NCBI GenBank assembly: GCA_009392915.1
Contig: CP045477.1
Coordinates: 672,001 to 736,000, forward strand
Length of the DNA stretch: 64,000 nucleotides
Source of the DNA: Candidatus Forterrea multitransposorum CG_2015-17_Forterrea_25_41
GTDB lineage: Archaea > Iainarchaeota > Iainarchaeia > Iainarchaeales > CSSED10-239
Reading direction: 5' to 3'
Positions 30,243-40,109 of the stretch are shown here, one piece after another (within the stretch, counting starts at the first letter, position 1; every line of letters starts with the position of its first letter). A program made the translations under genes and the position numbers. The notes beneath the pieces are model-generated. The model saw only the letters and a list, made by a program, of their open reading frames with translations, had not been told where the DNA came from and made no database searches.

Positions 30243-31691
30243 TTATTTTTTAAAAGTAAATAATATTTCTTTAATTTCAGTAATAGAAAGTATTTTTGTA
30301 ACAAATAATAAAATTAAATAAATAAAACCACTAATTAATAATATAAATAATATATCTAAAGAATTATAAAAGAATCTAATTACATAAATATTTTTTAAAA
30401 AATAAACTGCAAAACACATTAAAATACTAGATAAAAATAATTTAATAAAATCTATTTTAAAACTAAAAAAGGTGATTTTTTTAGTATGAATAGATAAATA
30501 TATTAAATTAATAATTTCAGATATAACAGTTGTTATTGCAGCTCCGATTATTCCAAATAAAGGTATAAATATAAAATTTAAGAAAATATTAATTCCAGTT
30601 GATATTCCTCTTATTTTTAAAACAAATTTTTCTTTATTATGAGCCATTAAAAAAATAGTGAAAATTACTGAAAAAGACATAAGGAAGAAAAATAAAAGTA
30701 ATATAGAAAAAGAAGTGCTTGCTAGAATATACTCACTACCAAAAACTAATTGAATAATCTCTTTTGAAAGTAATATTCCACCTAAAAAAATTGGAAAAGA
30801 AATAATCATTGAAACTTTTAAAAATTTATTTAATATTGAAGATACTTGTTTTTTAAAAGAATACTTTGAAAATAAATTAAAAAATACAAAACTAAATAAA
30901 CTAATTATTGCAGTTAAAAAACTAATCAATGTAACACTTGAAGAATAAAGCCCTAATTGAAAATCATTTATAAAAAAAGAAATAAATAATTTATCAAAAT
31001 TAAAAAAAATTATTGTAAAAAGATTAGACAAAGCAAATGGCCAAGAATATTTTAACTTTTCAATAAAAAAAGAAATATTTAATTTTAAATTAAGTTTAAC
31101 ATATTTTTTAACAATAAAAAACAAATATAAAAAAACAATAAAGAAAGCAATTACTTGAGATAAAAATATACCTAATAGCCCTTGATTAAAATAAATAACA
31201 ATTATTGCTAAAACAGTATATAATAATTTAGATAATAATTCTTGATAAGCCTGATATTTAAAATTTTGAAGAGAAGATAATAAATTATAAATTGTATTAG
31301 AACTATAATGAAAAATTAAATAAAATAAACCTAAAAAAATCATTTCTTTAACAATAAATGGCTTATCTATAAACAAAGAAACAAAAATCATTACAAGAGA
31401 TACTAAAAATAACAAAAACATCTTTGGCAGAAAAAGATCATTAAAATATTTATCCTTAAGAGAAGGATTCTTTGAAACATCCCTAAATATCAAAGTGTTT
31501 ATCCCTAAATCACCAAAGATTGCAAAAAGTCCAATAAATGACAAAACAAAATTTAAATAACCATAATTTTCAACACCTAAATATCTAGGAATTAAAGTAA
31601 TAGTTACAATAGATAATAGATAAACTAAAAACTTAGAAATAGATAAATAACCAATATTTCTAATAACTCCTCTTTTTTCTTCTAACTCCAT
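30243..31691 (-). CDS. Polysaccharide/oligosaccharide flippase (MOP superfamily, Wzx-like).
   Basis: 482 aa and about 12-14 TM helices. Glycosylation-cluster context. Confidence 0.6.
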   Translation of the reverse strand: MELEEKRGVIRNIGYLSISKFLVYLLSIVTITLIPRYLGVENYGYLNFVLSFIGLFAIFGDLGINTLIFRDVSKNPSLKDKYFNDLFLPKMFLLFLVSLVMIFVSLFIDKPFIVKEMIFLGLFYLIFHYSSNTIYNLLSSLQNFKYQAYQELLSKLLYTVLAIIVIYFNQGLLGIFLSQVIAFFIVFLYLFFIVKKYVKLNLKLNISFFIEKLKYSWPFALSNLFTIIFFNFDKLFISFFINDFQLGLYSSSVTLISFLTAIISLFSFVFFNLFSKYSFKKQVSSILNKFLKVSMIISFPIFLGGILLSKEIIQLVFGSEYILASTSFSILLLFFFLMSFSVIFTIFLMAHNKEKFVLKIRGISTGINIFLNFIFIPLFGIIGAAITTVISEIINLIYLSIHTKKITFFSFKIDFIKLFLSSILMCFAVYFLKNIYVIRFFYNSLDILFILLISGFIYLILLFVTKILSITEIKEILFTFKK

Positions 31692-31742
31692 AATAAATAT
31701 AAATATATAAACAAATTTATAAAAACATAGTTTTTTTTAATA

Positions 31743-32690
31743 TTAAAATAATTTCTTATACCATAAAAACAAACCAATAACAACAGATATAACAAAAGAA
31801 ATTAAAAGTATAAATATAAAAGCACTAGGATTATCTTGAAAAGGCAAAATAACATTCATACCATAAAGACTTGCAACTAAAGTAGGAATTGCAATAATAA
31901 TTGACATAGATGTTAAAAATTTAACAATTCTATTTAAATTATTAGAAATTAAGGAAGAAACTACATTTAAAGTATGCTTTAAATTATCAGAATAAATATT
32001 ATTTGTCTGTATTGCTTGTTTTGTTTCATCTAAAAGATCAGAAATTAAATCTTCATTTTCAGAAGTTTGTAAAAAAATACTAGATCTTGAAACTTTTTCA
32101 AAAAGAATATAATTATTTGTAAGAGAAGTATTAAAATAAACTAAAGACTTCTGAACATCAAGTAAATGACTCATTTCTTTGTTTGTAGGATGTCTTTCTA
32201 AAACATCTTCTATTCTTTTTAGTTTTTTATTAATTAATTTTAAAAAATACAAATAGGATTTAGTAGAAGTTAACATTAACCTTAAAGTAAAATAAACTGT
32301 ATTAAAAGTATACTTTTTTTCTTTCATTCTTAAGATAGTATTATTATTTTTCTTAAAAGAAATAGTCACAACAATTTCTTTTGTTAAAATAATACCTAAA
32401 GGCACAGTATCATATTCTTTATCTGCTCTATAATGAGTTTCTTCTGGTGTTTTAATAATTATAAAAATTAAACCATCATTCTTTAAATCAAATAAAGGAA
32501 TTTCTTCTTCATCTGAAAGAGAAAGAATATCTTGTTTTAAATCTTCAAAATCTTTTTTTTTAATTTTTAAAATTTTAGATAATTTTTCAATATCTGCTTC
32601 TGTAGGGTTTGATAAATGAATCCAGCTTTCTGATTGTACTTTTTTAAAAGTCTTAAGACCAGTTAGTGTTGGTTTGAAATATTCAATCAT
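31743..32690 (-). CDS. corA: CorA-family magnesium transporter.
   Basis: C-terminal two TM helices with 'LYGMNVILPF' (the GMN motif). Confidence 0.75.
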   Translation of the reverse strand: MIEYFKPTLTGLKTFKKVQSESWIHLSNPTEADIEKLSKILKIKKKDFEDLKQDILSLSDEEEIPLFDLKNDGLIFIIIKTPEETHYRADKEYDTVPLGIILTKEIVVTISFKKNNNTILRMKEKKYTFNTVYFTLRLMLTSTKSYLYFLKLINKKLKRIEDVLERHPTNKEMSHLLDVQKSLVYFNTSLTNNYILFEKVSRSSIFLQTSENEDLISDLLDETKQAIQTNNIYSDNLKHTLNVVSSLISNNLNRIVKFLTSMSIIIAIPTLVASLYGMNVILPFQDNPSAFIFILLISFVISVVIGLFLWYKKLF

Positions 32691-32783
32691 AATTTAATGT
32701 CACCCTAATATATAAATAAATAGTATTGTTTCTACTTTAAAAAAATAGTACATCAATTAATTTTTAAATAGCATGTATTTATT

Positions 32784-33587
32784 CTACTCTAAAAGCCAAG
32801 GATCATAGATAAATAATTTTTTATTTTCAAAATCAATAAAAACAGGAAGAGAATGGTTTTCTTTAGAAAAATGAGGATAAATATCTTTTATTAAAGCATT
32901 AGAAGATATTTTTAAATCTTTATAAGTATATAAAAATTGATTTACTTTTTTTTCTACTTTATAAAGATTATTTCTAATTTCTTTAATATCTGTATCTTTA
33001 ATTAGTTTTTTTTTAAAAGCAATTTCTACATCCATTAGCTTTTCTTGAAATTCATAAAAAATAAAAGATTTCTTATTTATTTTATCAACATATCCAAAAT
33101 GAGCAGGAATTACATTAAAACCAGCTTTTGAAATAACATCTAAAGCTTTAATTTCTGAAGCTCCATGAAAATTATTAAATAAATCAACAGAATCAGCTGT
33201 ATGTTTTACAAAATATTTAGAAGAAGAGGAACCAGATTTAATTTCAAATAATAAATAATCTTGAGTATGAAAAGAATTAAGAGAAGGTTTTTCTAAACTT
33301 TTTAAAGAAACAATTAATGGTTTATTTGAAATTGATTTTAAAGTAATTGAAGTTTCTTTAACTCTTTTACTATTAAAAGATCTTACTTCTTCAAACATTT
33401 TTAAAAAAGAAGGAATTAATTTAGGAATGATTGCAACTTTTGATTTTGCATGTTTAGAATAAACTAATTCCCTTCTATTCCCAATAACTTGTTTTAAAGG
33501 ATTTTTTTTACCAACAGTATCTTTTAAAGACTTATAAACTTTTGAAGAAAATTTAAATTTATTTTTAATATTAAATAATCTAATCAT
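32784..33587 (-). CDS. Uncharacterised protein, member of a three-copy paralog family ending 'LPVFIDFENKKLFIYDP'.
   Basis: It shares '...ALDVISKAGFNVIPAHFGYVDKINKKSFIFYEFQEKLMDVEIAFKKK' and the C-terminal 'HSLPVFIDFENKKLFIYDPWLLE' with 53770..54567. Confidence 0.35.
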   Translation of the reverse strand: MIRLFNIKNKFKFSSKVYKSLKDTVGKKNPLKQVIGNRRELVYSKHAKSKVAIIPKLIPSFLKMFEEVRSFNSKRVKETSITLKSISNKPLIVSLKSLEKPSLNSFHTQDYLLFEIKSGSSSSKYFVKHTADSVDLFNNFHGASEIKALDVISKAGFNVIPAHFGYVDKINKKSFIFYEFQEKLMDVEIAFKKKLIKDTDIKEIRNNLYKVEKKVNQFLYTYKDLKISSNALIKDIYPHFSKENHSLPVFIDFENKKLFIYDPWLLE

Positions 33588-33610
33588 TTATTTTCTTTTT
33601 TAAATAAATT

Positions 33611-34942
33611 TTAAATAACTTCAATTGAGTCTGCTAAAAACTCAATTTGTGAAGAAAAGCTATTTAATTTAGCTCTACCTGAAAGTTTAATTCTTTTTCC
33701 TAAAAGTTCATTTTCAAGTCTATCAAAGATAGTTAATTTATCTTCATCTGATAATTCTTTTTTTAAATCTTCTTTATTAAGAGAGAATAGTTTTTCAGCT
33801 AAATCAGAAAAGAAAACAACTTTTAAAATACCAGTTCCATCATCAATATCAATAGAACCAAATAAATTTGTATTAACATCAACTACTTTAGAACATTTTT
33901 CACAAATGAAATCTCCATTTATAATTTGTACTTTTTCATTACATTCTTTACATTTAAAATATCTTAAGTTATTTCTATTTATAGAAACAATTAAACCTTC
34001 AAGAGAATAATTTCTTCCATCTTCTAAAGATTCAATTTTTCCTTCTTCTAAAGATTTTGTAAGTGTTAAGATATCTGAAAGAGAAGGTATTTTTTTAGAA
34101 GTTTTTGGATTTTTTAAAACTGTTGAAAACCAATTTAAACTAACTTCAAGATCATAAAGACCTTCTTTAACTCTTAAATCACTTAATTTTACTAAATCTC
34201 CTTTTGAAAGATTTTCTAAAATATAATCTGGCCATGGGTCCCATGCTACAAATCTTAAAGACTTAATACCATCTGATACTTCAAAGTTTAAAACACTTTT
34301 ATCTCTATCGTCTTTTCCTTTAAAAGTATTTTTATTATAGATAGCTGTTATTCTTCCAATAACATCAATTAATTGTTCAGTTGCAGAAATATCTGAAACA
34401 TCAACTAAATTTTCTTCCTTTGGAGGAATTAATGGAAAATCTTTAGGATCTAAAAGTATTGAACCTCCTTGTCTTAGAGAAAGTTCTTTTTTATCATTAT
34501 AAGTTGTAATATATGCATCTTTAATTAAAATTTTTGAATTTTTATCTAAATTAAGAGAACTTATAAACTCTGAATGTTCATTCCAAAGATTTAATTTTAT
34601 TTCTCCAGTATCATCAAAAATAAAAAGAGAAGTTATTTTTCCTTTTGAACCATCTTTTTGAGTATAATATCTTGGAGGAGAAATAAATTTTATTCTTGCA
34701 TAAATAGAAGCTGCATCTTGAATATTATCTAAATCTTTTATTTTAACTATTGCAGAAGTTGATTGTTTAATATCTAAGTTAACACCTAGTTGTTTTGCAA
34801 GCATTATACTTGCACCAACTTCTGATAAAAGACCTTGATATTTAGCTTTTATTTTTTCAAGTTCTTCTAAAAGAAAAGGTTCATCTTTACCTGTTTCTTC
34901 CATTACTCTATTAAATATTTGTTTAGCATCGTTTAATTCCAT
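33611..34942 (-). CDS. Replication protein A-like ssDNA-binding protein (multiple OB folds plus a zinc ribbon).
   Basis: Repeated OB-fold-like segments and 'CKECNEKV...CEKCSK' (C4). 443 aa. Confidence 0.6.
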   Translation of the reverse strand: MELNDAKQIFNRVMEETGKDEPFLLEELEKIKAKYQGLLSEVGASIMLAKQLGVNLDIKQSTSAIVKIKDLDNIQDAASIYARIKFISPPRYYTQKDGSKGKITSLFIFDDTGEIKLNLWNEHSEFISSLNLDKNSKILIKDAYITTYNDKKELSLRQGGSILLDPKDFPLIPPKEENLVDVSDISATEQLIDVIGRITAIYNKNTFKGKDDRDKSVLNFEVSDGIKSLRFVAWDPWPDYILENLSKGDLVKLSDLRVKEGLYDLEVSLNWFSTVLKNPKTSKKIPSLSDILTLTKSLEEGKIESLEDGRNYSLEGLIVSINRNNLRYFKCKECNEKVQIINGDFICEKCSKVVDVNTNLFGSIDIDDGTGILKVVFFSDLAEKLFSLNKEDLKKELSDEDKLTIFDRLENELLGKRIKLSGRAKLNSFSSQIEFLADSIEVI

Positions 34943-35032
34943 AAGTAGTTCACAAATATAATTATAGAATGAAAATATTAATAAAGGGTAAGTTTTATTG
35001 TTATGTAGTAATTAAAGAAAAATAGGTTTTAA

Positions 35033-35251
35033 TTAAAAAAACCTATTCTCTTTAGTTGTAATTTCTAAAGATTCTAAAGAAATATTCTCTTGATTATAAG
35101 TAGTTTGAGAATAATTAATATTATCTTTAAAAATATACATGTTTATTTCTTCTTTTTTTTTAAAAGAAAAATCTGTTTGCACAGCTAAAAGTAAAGATGC
35201 AATTATTACTAAAGCTACACCTATTACTAAATGTCTTGTTTTTATTTTCAT
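35033..35251 (-). CDS. Small secreted or membrane-anchored protein.
   Basis: N-terminal TM 'LVIGVALVIIASLLLAV'. 72 aa. Confidence 0.25.
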   Translation of the reverse strand: MKIKTRHLVIGVALVIIASLLLAVQTDFSFKKKEEINMYIFKDNINYSQTTYNQENISLESLEITTKENRFF

Positions 35252-35408
35252 TTTTAGTCACCTTTTTTTATAATTGTTTGATCGCTCTTAGTTTTATTTT
35301 AGAAAAATAAAAACTAGAAAAAGATTTCTGTTGAAATAAAATGTTAAACAAAATGTTTTTAAAGCAAAGCTTAAAGATAAACATAAAAAAAAGAAAAAAA
35401 TGGTTTAA

Positions 35409-35786
35409 TTAACCATTATAAGGATATTCTTTTTCAGTTTCAATACCGTACTTTTCATCTGAAAAGTCATAATTAGATTCTTCATCAGTATTTTCACTAC
35501 CGTCAGGTTCAATGTATGGATATTCTTTTTCAGTGGTTATACCTTTATCACTAGTAAAAGTATATGGATATTTATCTTCAGTTGTAATACCATGATCCAT
35601 TGTACTTGTAGGACTAACAGCACCTTTATCAACCCAATCTACATCATCTGAAGAAGACATGGTATAAGGATATTCTTTTTCAGTTGTTAAACCTTTATCT
35701 TTTGTAGAACTAAAAGATAAAAGTAAAGCAAAAGCAACAACTATTGCAAAAATTGCAACTAAATATATCTTTTTCATATTTCTCAA
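35409..35786 (-). CDS. Secreted repeat protein with four 'G[IL]TTEKEYPY' repeats.
   Basis: Signal/TM 'IYLVAIFAIVVAFALLLSFS', then DKGLTTEKEYPYT, DHGITTEDKYPYT, DKGITTEKEYPYI and KYGIETEKEYPYN. Confidence 0.4.
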   Translation of the reverse strand: MRNMKKIYLVAIFAIVVAFALLLSFSSTKDKGLTTEKEYPYTMSSSDDVDWVDKGAVSPTSTMDHGITTEDKYPYTFTSDKGITTEKEYPYIEPDGSENTDEESNYDFSDEKYGIETEKEYPYNG

Positions 35787-35929
35787 CTCATTTATTATTT
35801 TTTAATATAATAATTATATAAAAGATATATAAATAAATCGGTTAATTAAAAAAAATACATTTTTAAAAGTAACATACATATATATTGTTAAAAATAAACA
35901 TTTTTTAAAAAAAAGGAAAACACTTTATT

Positions 35930-37051
35930 ATGGATATAATAAATAAAAACTTAGAAAGTTATTTTAGTCTTGCAAATCAATTAAAGGAAGCGTTTAATAA
36001 TAAAAAATATGCCTTTATTAAATCAGTTTATATTCATGGTTCTTTTGCAAGAGGAGAAATTACTCCTAAAGAAAGTGATATTAACTTAATGATTTTTACT
36101 AAGAAAAAAGAAATTTTAGAAAAAGAAATTGAAACTATCTATAATATTAAACAAAAAATTGAAAGTAATTATTCAATAAAAATAGAATTTAAAATAAATA
36201 ATATTGAGAAAAATAGTCTTAAAAACATTACAACAGATATGTTCTATCCTTATCTTTATGATTTTATATTAAATAGCTTTTATATCTACGGAGAAAGAAT
36301 AGAAGACAAATTATTAAAAATTTTAAAAAATAAAACCTATTTTGAATTTTCATTTGAAACTACAAGTGTTTTTTCAAAAATAAGAATTGATTTTTTAGAA
36401 AATTATTTTAAAGAAAATAAATATAGAATGTACCATAATCTTTACAAATATTCAAGACTTTTAAAACAATTAAAAGTAAATGAAGAAGATATAGAAAAAT
36501 TAGTTTTAAAAATAACAGATTATAAAAATATAGATAAAGAAGAAATATTAAAATACATACTTAAATTTGAAGAACTTCTTGAAAAAGCAGATCTTAAAGA
36601 AATATATGAAAATAATAAAAAATTAAAATTATTTTTAGGATATGCAAAAGGAAGTTTAATCTATAATACTAAAACTAAAAAACTATTAATCCTTAGAGAA
36701 GATAGAAACATCTGTTCTTTTTGGTCAAAATCAGAAAAACAAGTAAAAAATAAAATTACTTTAAAAGATATCAAAAAAGATATTAAAGATAATTGTGGAA
36801 TTGATAAAATAACAATTGTTAAAAACAAAATAGGGGAATGTCATAATTGGTATGAAAAAGAAGACAATAGCTTTAAGAAAATACACACAGAATACTATTA
36901 TGCAACCACAGATTCTCCTGAAATGCCAATAAAAGATAATTGTTATGCATGGATTAAATTAAATGAAATTCAAAAATATATTTCTTCTCCTTGTCTTGGA
37001 TATATTGCAAAAGCATTCTATGAAGATTATATTAAAAAATTAGAAAAATAA
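35930..37051 (+). CDS. Nucleotidyltransferase-domain protein (pol-beta superfamily N-terminus, second acidic residue replaced by Asn) with a 250-aa uncharacterised C-terminal region.
   Basis: 'VYIHGSFARGEITPKESDINLMIF' (hGS...D.N). Confidence 0.5.
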   Translation: MDIINKNLESYFSLANQLKEAFNNKKYAFIKSVYIHGSFARGEITPKESDINLMIFTKKKEILEKEIETIYNIKQKIESNYSIKIEFKINNIEKNSLKNITTDMFYPYLYDFILNSFYIYGERIEDKLLKILKNKTYFEFSFETTSVFSKIRIDFLENYFKENKYRMYHNLYKYSRLLKQLKVNEEDIEKLVLKITDYKNIDKEEILKYILKFEELLEKADLKEIYENNKKLKLFLGYAKGSLIYNTKTKKLLILREDRNICSFWSKSEKQVKNKITLKDIKKDIKDNCGIDKITIVKNKIGECHNWYEKEDNSFKKIHTEYYYATTDSPEMPIKDNCYAWIKLNEIQKYISSPCLGYIAKAFYEDYIKKLEK

Positions 37052-37139
37052 AAAATGTACGTAAAAATGTAAGAAATCACTAATTTTTCTTACATTTTTT
37101 AGAAAGAAAACAACCAGTCAAAAATAACAAAAGAGACCA

Positions 37140-37322
37140 TTATTTAGATTTTTTTAAATGAGGAAATTTATCTAAAAATTCTTTTTCAGAATACATTTTT
37201 AATTTGTTTTTTTTAATATCTGAAAGTTCTTTTTTAATTGCTTTTCCAACTTTATATAATTCTTCCTTATCTATAACAAAATTAAAAGAATATTTCTTTT
37301 TTAAAAAACTTTCTTTATTCAT
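37140..37322 (-). CDS. Small hypothetical protein.
   Basis: 60-aa lysine-rich ORF. Confidence 0.2.
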   Translation of the reverse strand: MNKESFLKKKYSFNFVIDKEELYKVGKAIKKELSDIKKNKLKMYSEKEFLDKFPHLKKSK

Positions 37323-37437
37323 AACAATTAACCTCTATTTAAAATATAAAAAATAATAACATTTAAATAAACTATTAACCTACTATAATAATATATTTTA
37401 CACATTATATAAATTTAAAACAAAAACTTGAAAACAT

Positions 37438-39750
37438 ATGAAGATAGGAAACTACACTGTTGGAGACCATGTAGTTACAACTGAAGGTAATAAGAAAAAA
37501 TTAGTTTTTGATTGTAGAAATTGTCCTTATAATACATCAATTGCAGAAGACCCTAGATGTAGGTTTCATGCAATGAAAGTTTTAGAAACTGTTGATGCTG
37601 ATGAAATAATCTTAGCTGAAGTTTATGAAAGAAACTATAATGAAGAACAAACTAAATATTTAAAAGAAATGGTAAACCTACTTTTAGAATTTGAAAATAG
37701 AGCTGTCTGGGTATCACAACATCTTGGAATAAAGGATATTGATTGTGATGAATGTTATCCTGAAAGACATAATAATATTATTAAATTTGCAAGAGAACTT
37801 TTAGCATATGATCCTATAGCCTCATATATTAGTCTTTTAAAAGAAATAGAAAATACAAAAAACAGAGGAAATGAAAGAAAAGGACAACCATGTGAACCAT
37901 GTTTTGTTGCAAATGTTAAACATTTATCAAAATTAAAAGAAATGTTTGAAAAAACAGATTTTATAAGAAAAATAAAACCTTTATTATTAAAAATAAAAGA
38001 TTTATCTGAAGTTACAGACATCTATAGAACAATTTTTGAAGTTGAAATTAAACCTGCATTTATTGGTTCAAAATTAACTTTTAAAGACATGGATACTTTA
38101 GAACTTCTAGATGAATATCAAGTATTAAACACAACAGTTCAAATTTTTAAACATCCAGAAAAAGTTGAAAACATTTATTTAATTAATCCTCCTGAATATA
38201 CCTTATCACCAGATCATTATTTTGTTTTAACTAAAACAAAAGAAACTGTTGCAAACTATAAACCAGGAAAAGTAACTTTAACAACTGGAGAGTCTACAAG
38301 AAAATATTTCCAAAGAATATATCAATCAACAATTATTGATATTGCAAAAAAATATAATATTGAACTTTCACCTGATGATGTTTATTCACTTTCAGAAATT
38401 GTTACAAGATACACTATTGGATATGGGGTTTTAGAATTATTATTATCAGATAAACAAGTTACAGATGTTTATCTAGATTCACCATTAGGTGCAAAACCAA
38501 TATATTTAGTGCATTCAAAATATGGACAATGTCAAACAAATGTACATTATCCAGAAAAAGATGCAGAAAGCTTTGTTGGAAAAATAAGAGCAATGTCTGG
38601 AAGACCATTTGATGATGCACACCCTGTCTTAGACTTTGATATGCCAGACTTAAATACCAGAATTGCAGTTATTGGAAGACCTCTTGCAACAGATGGTATA
38701 GCTTTTGCTTTTAGGTTACATAAAGATACTCCATGGACTTTACCACAACTTATAAATGTTAAATCCTTAAATCCTTTAGCTGCTGGAATGTTAAGTTTCT
38801 TTATTGATAATAACTCAACTCTTTTAGTTGCAGGATCTCGTGGTGCAGGAAAAACTTCACTTATGACAGCTTTAATGCTTGAAATTTTACAAAATGCAAG
38901 AATTATTGTGCAAGAAGACACTTTAGAGCTTCCTATAACTTATATGAAAGATATTGGTTTTAATGCTCAAAGATTAAAAACAAGATCTGCAATTGGAGGA
39001 TCAGGAGATCAATCTAATGCAGAAGTAAAACCTGAAGATGCTTTAAGAACAGCCTTAAGATTAGGTGATTCTGCTTTAATTGTTGGAGAAGTAAGATCAG
39101 TTGAAGCAAAAGTACTGTATGAAGCCATGAGAGTTGGTGCTGCAGGGAACGTTGTTATGGGAACTATTCACGCAGACTCAGCTTATGCTGTATGGGATAG
39201 AGTAGTTAATGATTTAGGAGTGCCTACCACTTCATTTAAAGCAACAGACATTATTGTTGTTGCAAAGCCAATTAGGTTTAAAGGTTCTCTTAAAAGTTAT
39301 AGAAGAGTTGTACAGATAACAGAAGTTAGAAAACATTGGAATGATGATCCTGAAGCTGAAGGTGGAATTTTAAATTTAATGGAATATGATGCTTCTAAAG
39401 ATACTTTAGTTTTAAACGAAGATGCTTTAAAAGATTCTGAAATCTTTTCAAAAATATCTAAACTTACAGGTATGACAATTGAAGAGATTTGGGATAATAT
39501 TACTTTAAGATCAAAAGAAAAGAAATTCCAAGTAGAATTTGCAAATGAAAAAGGAGTAATTGAACTTTTGGAAGCTGAACATACTGTTTTTGTGCATAAT
39601 AAACTACTTATTACAAAAGAAGACTATTTAGAAGAACATGGAAAAACAGATTATGATCAAGTCTTTGAGCTTTGGAAGAAATGGTATATAGAAAAGTTTG
39701 CTCCAAGGATGATGAAGAGAATAATTGAGAATAGAAAAAGTGAAGAATAG
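37438..39750 (+). CDS. Type II/IV secretion-system ATPase of the archaeal FlaI/PilB/TadA family, with an unusually long Cys-containing N-terminal extension.
   Basis: Walker A 'LLVAGSRGAGKTSLMTAL', 'IIVQEDTLEL', Asp box and 'VGEVRSVEAKVLYEAMRVGAAGNVVMGTIHADSA' (His box). N-terminus has 'CRNCPYN...CRFH' and 'CDECYP...CEPC'. Confidence 0.7.
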   Translation: MKIGNYTVGDHVVTTEGNKKKLVFDCRNCPYNTSIAEDPRCRFHAMKVLETVDADEIILAEVYERNYNEEQTKYLKEMVNLLLEFENRAVWVSQHLGIKDIDCDECYPERHNNIIKFARELLAYDPIASYISLLKEIENTKNRGNERKGQPCEPCFVANVKHLSKLKEMFEKTDFIRKIKPLLLKIKDLSEVTDIYRTIFEVEIKPAFIGSKLTFKDMDTLELLDEYQVLNTTVQIFKHPEKVENIYLINPPEYTLSPDHYFVLTKTKETVANYKPGKVTLTTGESTRKYFQRIYQSTIIDIAKKYNIELSPDDVYSLSEIVTRYTIGYGVLELLLSDKQVTDVYLDSPLGAKPIYLVHSKYGQCQTNVHYPEKDAESFVGKIRAMSGRPFDDAHPVLDFDMPDLNTRIAVIGRPLATDGIAFAFRLHKDTPWTLPQLINVKSLNPLAAGMLSFFIDNNSTLLVAGSRGAGKTSLMTALMLEILQNARIIVQEDTLELPITYMKDIGFNAQRLKTRSAIGGSGDQSNAEVKPEDALRTALRLGDSALIVGEVRSVEAKVLYEAMRVGAAGNVVMGTIHADSAYAVWDRVVNDLGVPTTSFKATDIIVVAKPIRFKGSLKSYRRVVQITEVRKHWNDDPEAEGGILNLMEYDASKDTLVLNEDALKDSEIFSKISKLTGMTIEEIWDNITLRSKEKKFQVEFANEKGVIELLEAEHTVFVHNKLLITKEDYLEEHGKTDYDQVFELWKKWYIEKFAPRMMKRIIENRKSEE

Positions 39751-39770
39751 TTTTTTCCTCTTCACTTTAA

Positions 39771-40091
39771 ATGTTTAAGTTACTTTTTTTAACATCTTTT
39801 AAAAAATATAATACAGACATAAACATATTTAAAATAATTGGAACTAATATATTGATGGTTGAAAGAATATTTAAAAAAATGAAGAGTATGGAAACTAAAT
39901 TTAAAAAAGCAATAGAGCTTCTTGAAAAAACAAATGCTACTTTATCTGAAGGAGCAAAACTTTCAGGGCTTAACTACAGAGATTTTTATGAAAAGGTCAT
40001 AGAAAGTAAGGTATTATCAAAGACAGAGATCAATAAAAGAGAAATAGATGTTAAAGAAATTGATGATGTTTTAAAAAAAATAAAAGTTTAA
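39771..40091 (+). CDS. Small protein with a putative HTH.
   Basis: 'LSEGAKLSGLNYRDFYEKV' is HTH-like. The true start may be an internal Met. Confidence 0.25.
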   Translation: MFKLLFLTSFKKYNTDINIFKIIGTNILMVERIFKKMKSMETKFKKAIELLEKTNATLSEGAKLSGLNYRDFYEKVIESKVLSKTEINKREIDVKEIDDVLKKIKV

Positions 40092-40109
40092 AAAGAAAAA
40101 AATTATTTT

